DNA of 64,000 nucleotides from a virus (Duplodnaviria; Caudoviricetes): IMG/VR virus record IMGVR_UViG_3300031555_001542, positions 46,014 to 110,013 of that record; one strand, 5' to 3'. Shown piece by piece: positions 39,868 to 50,400 of this stretch (position 1 is its first letter; each line of letters starts with the position of its first letter). The notes under the pieces were generated by a model. It saw only the letters and a program-made list of their open reading frames with translations, ran no database searches and was not told where the DNA came from. The position numbers and the translations under genes were made by a program.

Positions 39868-39884
39868 AACAGTACAAAATTAAT
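39868..39884 (+). promoter_or_regulatory. Conserved motif, copy 6 (AACAGTACAAAATTAAT)
   Basis: Consensus match upstream of the holin gene. Confidence 0.6.
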
Positions 39885-39930
39885 ATAATAATGTTCATGA
39901 AAATATTTATGAATAAGAGAGGTACAAATT

Positions 39931-40251
39931 ATGGAATGGTATGAAATTTTAGCTAAAATTTTAACAGGTCTTGCTATTATGATTCCACTAGTTGTTGAAC
40001 TAGTAAAGTATGTAAAGAAAGCTGGACAGTCACAGAATTGGACAGACCTTATGACACTTGTGATTAATTTAATGAAACAGGCTGAAGGTATGTTCGCTGA
40101 GGGTGCAGATAGAAAGATGTGGGTAATGTCCATGGTTTCTGCAAGCGCAAAGACGATCAACTATCCTGTTGATATGGATCAGGTTAGCGCCTGGATTGAT
40201 GCACTTTGTGACATGAGCAAAATTGTTAATGCACCAAAAATTGAGGAATAA
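39931..40251 (+). CDS. Holin (LL-H-like family)
   Basis: One N-terminal TM; AE..F..GA.RK.WV...ID. Confidence 0.7.
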   Translation: MEWYEILAKILTGLAIMIPLVVELVKYVKKAGQSQNWTDLMTLVINLMKQAEGMFAEGADRKMWVMSMVSASAKTINYPVDMDQVSAWIDALCDMSKIVNAPKIEE

Positions 40252-40285
40252 CACTCCTATAATACATTGAAGTAGTTTTTTGTTT

Positions 40286-40322
40286 ATAGGGGATGGTCCA
40301 AACGGGCTGTCCCCTATTTTTT
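40286..40322 (+). terminator. Intrinsic terminator
   Basis: ATAGGGGATGGTCC-AAAC-GGGCTGTCCCCTAT followed by a T tract. Confidence 0.8.
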
Positions 40323-40350
40323 ACATTTTCAATTAAAGGATGTGAGGAAT

Positions 40351-40845
40351 ATGTCTAAAGTAATTTCGTTTGATCAGAGTACACGTATTAGCGGTTGGAG
40401 TTTATTTGAGGATGGTGAATACGTTTGTTCTGGTGTTGTTGATATGAGCAAAAGCCAATTAGAAACAGCAGAGCGATCATTTTTGATGGCAAAAAGACTT
40501 TGGAAAATCTTACAAGAGTACAAGCCTGATTATTTGATTATTGAAGATACACAAGAACAAGGAAATGTAAAAACTGTGATAGTGTTGGCAAGATTGCAAG
40601 GGATGATAATTGGTTATGCAGAGGCTCATGGAATCAAAACGCATATTCTTTTACCATCTCAATGGAGAAAAGTTCTTGGGTATGCCCAGGGGCCAAAGGT
40701 TAAAAGAGCTGAGTTAAAACAACAAAGTGCAGATTATGTTAAAAACAAATATGGATTTGTTAAATCCGAAGATGAAAATGAAGCTATTGCGCTTAATGAT
40801 GCAGCTCGTCAAAAGTTTTGTATAGATGATCTTTGGGGCAATTAG
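40351..40845 (+). CDS. RuvC-like Holliday junction resolvase
   Basis: ISFDQST..SGWS, IIED, PSQWRK, EDENEAI RNase H-fold acidic motifs. Confidence 0.8.
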   Translation: MSKVISFDQSTRISGWSLFEDGEYVCSGVVDMSKSQLETAERSFLMAKRLWKILQEYKPDYLIIEDTQEQGNVKTVIVLARLQGMIIGYAEAHGIKTHILLPSQWRKVLGYAQGPKVKRAELKQQSADYVKNKYGFVKSEDENEAIALNDAARQKFCIDDLWGN

Positions 40846-40906
40846 GTTTGAAAATTATATCGCATGTGTGATTTTAGATATAGAAAATATATAAAGGAGT
40901 GGTCTT

Positions 40907-41434
40907 ATGTCAACGGAGTCAGTTATATGGTCATTAATTCAAATGGAAGATAGTAAAATTATCTCTATTATCAGGGCTGCAACAAGGGCATACGGAAAAA
41001 TTTTGCACGCAATAATTAATGACATTTATGAAAGTTGTATTGAAGATTATTATGCTGGTTATACTCCAACAGTATATAAAAGACATGGCAATCTAGAGGG
41101 CTTTAACTTATATAGTGCGCCAACAGTTTCATTTAATAATGGCAGGTTAATTTTTGACGAAGACCCTAGTAAATTGTTACCTTATAGCGGTAAAACAGAT
41201 TCAAGAGGAGAGGTCTTACACAATGTATTAAATGGATTAAGAGGTACTGGCATGAGAGAAAGTCAGACAGAGTGGCCAATGGGGTGGTATACTAGCTACC
41301 CAAATGCTTATTCTAGATATGGAATTTGGCAAAGTTCTGGTCATACGATAGAGGAGATAACGCAAGACTTTGCAAATAATGTTTTAGATGACACAGAAGA
41401 TTTATTTTGGGAATGTGTCGGACAATTTATATAA
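40907..41434 (+). CDS. Hypothetical protein preceding the TMP
   Basis: RBS AAGGAG; YY..YTP.VY.R motif. Confidence 0.6.
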   Translation: MSTESVIWSLIQMEDSKIISIIRAATRAYGKILHAIINDIYESCIEDYYAGYTPTVYKRHGNLEGFNLYSAPTVSFNNGRLIFDEDPSKLLPYSGKTDSRGEVLHNVLNGLRGTGMRESQTEWPMGWYTSYPNAYSRYGIWQSSGHTIEEITQDFANNVLDDTEDLFWECVGQFI

Positions 41435-41451
41435 TAGTGTGGTGAAATATA

Positions 41452-44400
41452 ATGGCTAAAGAAGTAAATATTGATAGTCTTGCCGACAAGATTGCTGACA
41501 GATTGCTGGCCGCAAAACAGCAAGCTCGTGAGGCAGGTGAAGATGTTGGAGAGGAATTTGCTAAAGGTGTTGTGCAAGGTATTCAAAAACATTCAAAAGA
41601 TTTTAAAACAGAGACTACAAAACAGTTTGAAGAATTGCAAAAAATAACAAAAAGGTTCAAATCAAAACAATCAGTTTCTACGGCAGATTGGAATAAAGCT
41701 TTTGAGCTTTCTAAAGAGTTAATGAAAAGCGAAAGGTATGCTAAGAATGTTGAGGAGATTCTTGGTGATGTTAGGGCAACATTTAGTGGTATCGGTGAAG
41801 TATCTGGAATTAAAAACATTGTTAAAGAATTGGATAAAGCCAGTGATAGATTAGAGTCAGTGTCTTGGAGCCAGGCTGGTATGTATTTTAAAAGCAGGAA
41901 GAAGCCAGCTGTTGAACAACCAAAAACAGAAACTCCTGTAGTACAAGCAGATCCTGCACCTGTTGTGAAGGTGGAAGAAAAGAAACAAAAAGCTATTCAA
42001 GAAACTACTGCAGACTTACATGATCAAAAAAATGCGGTTGAAGATGCATCTAAGGCACAAGAAAAATATAACCAAAGAATGTCTGAAATTAAAGACAAAT
42101 ATAGCGCAGATATACAAGAACAGAAGCAACGTATTTCAAATCAAGAGGCTTGGCTTAAATATCTAAATGGTTCTTTGGATGAATCAAAATTTAAAACAAC
42201 TGGTAAAAAAGCGGCGACAGATCAATTGCGTTCACTTACAAACTATATGGTCAATGGTCGTCGTAATAATTATGCAAATGACCCTGGACAATATCCAAAA
42301 GAAATGGCCGAAGTTGCCTGGATGCGTGGATATCAAGAGGCAGAAAGACAGGGTGTTGCAGACAGTGTTCTAAGAAGATTTGATACAGATGCAAGATATG
42401 ATTTTGATGCAAATTTAAAAAAATTACAAGACGAATATGATATGCGCAAAAAGATTATGGATGCTGCATATGAAGAACTTAAACGTTTATATTTGGAAAG
42501 AGATAAAGAAGCTTTTGCCGCATTTACAGATAATCTAATGCCAGATGGTCCTCAGTCTGATGAGGAAAACAGAATTCTATCCGAGATTACAGAGCAAGTT
42601 GCTAAAAAAACATTAAGTTATACTGAGGCAAAAGCAAGCCTTGAGAAGTCTATTATAACTTTGCGTAATATGGCATCTTCTGAGGCAAAAGTTAATCTTC
42701 AAAATTTAGTTAATGATTTAAAGAAGACATATGATGCTGAAACTTTTGATAAAGTTTTTGGTGCAGATTTAAATATGTTCGATTGTTTTGATAAAATTGA
42801 CGATGCTGGTGCAAAAGAATTGTATGATATGCTCATTGAAAGCAATAAAACATATCAAGCAAGTCTTGTTAAAACTATAGATGTCCAAAAAGAGTTCAAT
42901 AAACAAATGCAAGATGGAAATATACTTTATCATGCAGGCGACTTAAGCAATCCATCTAAAACTCAAAAAACATATCCTCTTGGTCATGTTCGTCCAAGTA
43001 AGAGTAGTGGTATATTTAATGGATTTACTGGTCTATATACCACCGAAGATGTGGATGGGTTCTGGGGCAATGAATGGTCTGGTGCACCTATTAGTACGAT
43101 TGACGCATCTCAATATAAGCTATTTAATGCAAGAACAGACGAGCTTGCAACAAAAGCAAAAGAATTCTTTGATAGTTTAAACGGAACAATTTATGGATAT
43201 ATTGAAGATTTTTCTACTGGAGAAATCAAAAAAGCAACTGATGTTAAAAGTATTGATGAATTGTGGACAGATTTCCAAGAAGTGTTTAAGAATACTAATA
43301 TGACGTTCGAGAAGTTCTCAGAGTTTATCAAAAAAGCACAAAGTCTTGTGTTTGGCAAGAATTTCGACTTCGTAGAGGGACTTCCAGATTTAGATGAGGG
43401 AGTTGTAAAAACTGGAGAGAAATCTGCACTACAAGGAGTGTCAAAAGAAGTCTTTAATTTAGATAGTTTCCAAACTCAACTATTAAAGATGCTTGGTTTT
43501 GAAGGTATTGATCTTCGTGGAACTAAGCATAATGGTACTTATACTGGCGGTACAGTTATATTTGATGTTAAGCCAGAAAGTATAAAGACCACAAATGAAA
43601 AATGGTCTGATGTTATGGCTAGTCATGGATATGAGATTGATGAAGATGATTTAGCTCGTGAAGAAAAGCGTAGACAATTGGCATTTGATACCGCAAATGC
43701 GTATAGTCAGCAAGCAGATTCTGCAAAAGAAGTTGCGGCTGCACAAAAATCTGACTACTATGAAATGTCTCATAAAGAAGCAACTGATTATATTTTTGCC
43801 AATTACGATAAAGATTTGTGGGATAGATGGTTCTTGCGTGGCGAAGATGACGCACGATCTGAGATTGCTAAAAAACTAGAAAACGATGCAAAGTTAAAAA
43901 ATGCCGCACTTAATCAGATGTGGCATAATTATAAAGCACAAACAGAATCTGATATATCATATGACGACTTTTTAAATTCTAAGATTCCTGTATATAGAGG
44001 CGAGCGTGCAATTGATCTTTTTGGCAATATTGGAGAGTCAATTACTAAAGATGCAGCGTCTTTTTCTCTAGATAAGAGAATTGCGAAAGATTTTGCTGGC
44101 GCTTTGGATAGTAGAATAGGTGCAGTATTAGAAACATATATCTCACCAAAAGATACTCTCGGAATGCCTCGTCCTAAGTATGAAACAGAAAGTAATGCAG
44201 AGACAGAAGTTCTGGTTCCAATGAATCGAATTGCTGATTCTCCAGAGTACTTAAAATTTAAGCAAAAACTAAAAGAAAAACAAGATATACATTCATCTGG
44301 AGAAACTTCTGAAGATGTAGAAAAAACAATTACTTCTTATGAAGAACTATGTGGAGTTGTTGCTAGATACAACGAGTTAGTTAAAAAAGATATTCATAGA

Positions 44401-47400
44401 ACAACTGATGAAGATTTTGAATTTAATGACCTATTAAATAGAATATCTTCCTCAACTGAAAACGTTCCTCTTTTAAAATTAAGAGAGGCCCTTAATAAAG
44501 ATGGCGGATATGATGTAGATAAACTTGCAGGATTGATTGATTTTGATAAAATTGCAGCACAACAGAAACAAAAAGATGCAGGTAAGCAACTTCAGGAATT
44601 TATTAAGTTGTCTAAAGATATATTGCCTGAAGAAATGTCTATAGATCAACAAAATGCTTATGCTAATATGTTGCAAAAGATTCAAACTGAAGGTTTATCT
44701 GCCGCAGATGCTATACAAGAGCTTTCAAGTGCATTAAAAGCATTGAACGGACATCAGGATATACTAGAAGAATTAAATGATGTTGGTCCAAATAATAAAT
44801 TCAGAGAATATGACGACACAGTTGCAGTTGGATACGATAGAATACAAAAACTACAAAAAATACGTGATGGCGGAACCACTGGAACATATTCAACTTCTAG
44901 TTTATTACGTGCAAATCGTGATGTGTGGGATATAGTAAAAGACAACAAATTCTTTAGTGACATTCCTGAAGAAGGGGCTCAAAGACTGGATAAGATTGAT
45001 GAGATTGTTCAAAGTGTTGCAACTAAAATGTTGCAAAAAGTAAATTTGACTGAAAGCGATCTTGTCTCACAATTATTAAATATTAGAAATGCAACAGGTG
45101 GTAATTTTAGACCTAATGGCAAAGACATTGCATGGAGCCATTTTGCAACCTATGACGACGATGGAAATAAGCATGAAGTACAAAAAGAAAATGGAATAAC
45201 TTATAAAGTATATGCTGCATTTGAAAATATTGAAGATCTGAATGCGGATATTGTTTCGTCAATTATGTCTGAATTGACCAAAGCAGGCTTTGAGGGTAGA
45301 TTGAAAACTACAACTGGCTCATCTCATCTTGGTGACAGAACTGGATGGATTGCAAGTACTGACCAGCTTGTTGTTCATGGATCATCAAAGAAAGATCAAG
45401 AGATTGCATATAATGTCTTAAGAAATATGAAGACCCCATTGTCTTATCTTGGTGGCGGCATTGACACTCCTGATGGATCTTTTACTCAAACGTTGGCATC
45501 AGATAGTATTGAAAAATATGTCCGTATGCAGTCAGATGCAAGAAAACAAAGCGAAAAATCTTTACAGGATGTTCTAGATCTTATTGACAAAATGGCAAAG
45601 GAATCTGGTGATTCTGATGCTTTTAATAAGCGCCACAAAGCTTTAATTAACAAAGCAAATGACTTAACATCTGGCGCAGACTATAACCAGTTATATAATC
45701 AGCTCATTGAGAATGAGGACAAATATCAACAAAAGCTTCAAGAATCTGAAAGACTGAGAGCTGAAAGAACAAAGCAAATTGAAGAATATGATATTGGCGC
45801 AATGCCTATATTAGATGATGAATCAATCCCGTTTGAAGATAGAGAGAGAATATTTACAGATTTTGCAAACAAAATAATGCAAGATGAAATTACTGCATCT
45901 GAAGCTCTTGAAAGACTATCTCAGGCTATGGATGAATTGCGTGCAAAGAGCAAAGACATGCCTGATGATATTATTGAAAGCTTTGGCGCAGAAAATGAGC
46001 ATGTAGCAGAAATTGTATCTCAACTTAAAAAATTATCTTCTATTGATCTTACAAGAATTTTTGATAGTGTTGATTTAAGAAGCTTCTTACAAGCTTTTAA
46101 TATTGATTCGTCCAATTTTGCAGCATTTAGAAAACTGTTCGAAGAGTTAATGCAGATCACTAATGCAATGTACAATGGCGTTGATGTTGGTAATGCGTTT
46201 AACTTAAAAATGGAAGAAATAACAAATACTATCATGCGACTTGGTGGAAATATGGTAGACCTTGATGATGGTGGTTATGCTACCATGATGCAAGAATTCT
46301 ATAAACATATGAGTAACACTAAAGTTCAGTTCAATGATCAAATTAAAGCAGATTATACAAAGGATCAATGGAGATCTCTATATGGTACTTATAAAAATCG
46401 TTTAACTTCTGATTTAACTAAAGGTATTCCTGCTGACAGTCTATACCATGAGTTAAGTGGTCTTTTCCCAAGCTTATTCCCAGAAGGCGTGTTAAGTCAG
46501 CAAGATCAATTTAAACTTATTTTTGAGAAGTTAGACGAGGCACGCCAGTTGCAGGCAGATAATTGGAAGGTTTTACAAGGATTTACATCAAGTGACAGAA
46601 ATGATATACAACTTGGCGTAGATAATATGTTCAATCAAATGTCTGATGCTTTGCTTGCAGATTCTTCAGCTACACAATTAAATGCAGAGGCTGACGCTTT
46701 AAAAGAAGTTGAACAGAATGCAACCAAGGCGGCTAATGCAAAAGGTAAGTTTGCACAGGCAAATAAAAAACTTGGTGATAGTGCCGCAAGTTCATCTGAA
46801 GATTTAGATGACGAAGCAGACAGTCTAGAAGATGTGAATAGAGCTGCAGCTAATATGCCAGACGTGTCTGCTTATGACTCTACACAAGTTCGTGTAGACG
46901 CTAATGGTAGACCATATAGTGTTAGTGGCACGGCCACAACAGAAATGATTGACGGTTCTCATGTACGCACTACTGACACATATCAATTTGACGACGATAA
47001 TAATCGTTGGGAATATCTTGGGTCTGTGCAATCAACTGAACGCACAAGAGAAATGGTGCAAGCACTTGAAGAATATTATCAGATTCTTAATAGAATTCAA
47101 AAATTAAGACTTGATACATCTGGTGCGATTCATACAGAAGAAATCAATAAATTAGAGACTGATGATTTAGCAAGAGCATATCAAAGAGTGTGTGATCTTG
47201 GAATACGTGTTAATGATATTGAAGGACAAATTAATTTGTCAGTTAATCAACGTCAAGCATTACTTGATGTTGAGCTTCGTGCTCGTCAAGAGATGTATGA
47301 TGTTATTGCCAAAATGGAAGACAAGCAAGCAACCGCCGCTGAAAAACCATATCAGAAAACAGTTCGTGACGAGTTGAAGAAGTCTGCCGACATTGACACG

Positions 47401-50400
47401 AATGTTAGATTGCTTGGCGAAGACGGCGCTAGTGATAGATTGCAAGCCCAAATTGCCGACTATAGAAGATTGGTTGATGAGCTTGTTGAAATGAGATTGC
47501 AGCTTGCAAGAAATTCTGATCTTACTAACGACGTAGATTTTTCTAATAGGTTTGCTGATACAGCAGAGAGAGCCGAGAGGGCACGGGCTGCAATTGAGGG
47601 AATTTTTAAGGAGTCTCAAAAACTTTCAAAGCTTGGTGAACCTGTTGCTGTTAGTACAGATAAAGTTTCTGATTTAACAAACTTAAAATCTGCAATGATT
47701 GAGTTTGCAAACAGCACTTTAGATGGAGAGGTTAAGATTAATGGTTTCAACAAAGAAGGAAACCAGATGTATGTTACTCTCAATAATGGCACTGGCGCAG
47801 TTAAGAATATTACTGTTGCACTTGATGGCGCAACTGATAAACTTATGGCATTTAGCACTGGCACAAGTAAGGCAACGAATGAGTGGGAAGACTTTAAGAC
47901 ACAAGCCGTTCAAGGCGCAAAGAATATAATTGGAATGTATGTTGGATTCCAAGAAGGCGTACAGGCCTTTAGAACTGGTGTTAATTATGTAAAAGAAATT
48001 GACTTGGCTATGACTGAGTTAAAGAAAGTTACTGATGAGACTGACGCCAGTTATAAGCAGTTCTTAGATGATGCTGGTAGTACTTCTGCGATTATTGGCA
48101 GTACTATTAGAGATTTTACTGAGGCAAGTGCAACTTTTGCTAGACTTGGCTATTCTCTTGAGGAAAGCTCAAGCATGGCAGAGACTGCAATTATTTATAA
48201 AAATGTCGCAGATGGATTGGATACTGTTGAGGAGTCTTCTGAGAGTATCATTTCTACCATGATGGCTTTTGGTATTGAAGCTAATGATACCATGAGTATT
48301 ATTGACAGATTTAACGCTGTTGGCAATAATTTTGCTATTACTTCAGCTGGTATTGGCGATGCATTGCAAAGATCTGCATCGGCATTGTTTGCTGCTGGTA
48401 ATACACTAGATGAATCTGTAGCTTTAGTTACAGCCGCCAACTCAGTTATTCAAAATCCAGAACAAGTTGGTACAGCATTAAAAACATTAGCACTAAGATT
48501 AAGAGGTGCCAAAACAGAACTAGAAGAAGCAGGCGAAGACGTTGATGGAATGGCCGAAAGCACTTCACAATTACAAGCAAAACTAAAAGCATTGACGCAT
48601 GGTAAAGTTGATATCATGCTTGATCCAGATACATTTAAGAGCACTACCCAGATTTTACGTGAAATGTCTGCAGCATGGGAGGATATGACTGACATTGAAC
48701 GTGCAGCTGCTCTAGAGCTTATGGGCGGTAAGCGTCAGGCCAATATTCTATCTTCTGTTATAACAAACTTCGAAACAGTCGAAGATGTAATTACCACCTC
48801 CATGAACAGTGCAGGCTCCGCCATGGCCGAAAACGAGAAATGGCTTGACTCAATTGAAGGTAAAACATATCAATTTACAAATGCTCTACAAACAATGTGG
48901 AGTAATATGCTCGATTCTGAGGTCATCAAAGGCTTCTTAGACTTTGGAACAGATGCAGTTCAGTTCCTTGATACAGGTGCAGGAAAAGTAATTGCTTTTG
49001 TAGCTGCTTTAAAACTAGCAGCTAAATTCAAAGGCTTTAGTATTAAAGGTGTGGTTCAAGGGCTAGGAGACACAATAAATAAAATTACAACGGCACAACA
49101 AACTTTGCAAACACTAGGAAAGACTACGCCCATTGGACAGGGATTTGATTTAACAAATGTTAACGCATACGCTCAGGCGGTTGCAAACTTAACCGCAAAA
49201 CAGCAAGCAAACCTATTAGCATCTCATGGTCTAAATCAAGAGCAAATTAGATATGCATTGACATTAAATCAAGTTGACGATGCAGCTATGAGAGAAGCTA
49301 TGGCCCATGTTCATGCAGCATCTGCAAAGCAGCAAGAAAATGCTGTTACAGCACAATCTATACAGCAAAAGGCAAAAGAGTTGGCAATGTCTTTGAGAAC
49401 TCAAGCTGCTACGGCAGATGAGACTCGTCAAAAAGAATTAAATGTTGTGGCAGATATTCTTGAGAATGCTACATCCGAAGAAGCAATTAAAAACAACTTA
49501 CAAGAAGTAGTCACGTCTGGAAGTGTTTCTGCGGCACTGAAGGCTGAGACCACTAGTACATTGGGATTAGATACTGCAAAGAAAGGTTTATTAGCAACAA
49601 CGAAAGCATTAATGATAGCCAATCCAGTTGGTTTCTGGCTAACTGTTGGAACAACCATATTAAGTTTAATTCCAATTGTTTCTGGCCTTGTTGATACTTT
49701 CACGAAATCTGCTGATGAGATTAAACAAGAAGCAACTGAAATTTCTCAAGCATATTCTGACACAGTTAATGAAATCAATAGTAATTTAGAATCACTAGGT
49801 ATTACCTTTGATGCGAAATCCATAACAACTCTAGAAAATGAATTTACAACATTATCAGCAGGAGTAGATCGTTATGGCAATAACATATCTCTTACTTCTG
49901 ATGAATATGAACGTTATAGAGAAATTTGTGAAAAAATTGTTGGTATTAACCCACTAATAGCGTCTGGGTATGATAGTGCAACAGAAGCAATTGGAAATAA
50001 TGCAAGTGTGCTTTCTCAATTAATAGGTTTACAAAGAGAGCAAGCAAGGCTGGCTGCAGAAGAATATGTCAATGATGAAAATCTTGAAACTCTCACTGAT
50101 GATTCAGTAAATGATTATAAAGATGCTGCAGCAGATTTAGCATCTACACGCTCAAGTGCTATTGCAGGAATAAGGTCTGCAATAAATGAAAGCTATTCAG
50201 AATTTGTTGATAATAAACCAGATTATGTAGACAGTTCCTTAGATACTGCCACTAATCAAGCAAAATGGATATTGGAACAGATAGGATATAGTTCAGAACA
50301 AGCTTTAATTCAAGCTCAAAAGTATTTTAATACCGATGGAATGTCTGGAACTTTTGATTCTACAAGCTTTTTTAATCAATATTATCAAGAAATTAAGTCA

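Noticed and set aside
40351-40845. TnpB/Cas12-like or transposase RuvC
   Set aside because: Only ~164 aa, no zinc finger, no IS ends; fits a stand-alone phage resolvase
40907-41452. Programmed frameshift in a tail assembly chaperone before the TMP
   Set aside because: No overlapping ORF pair or convincing slippery site identified
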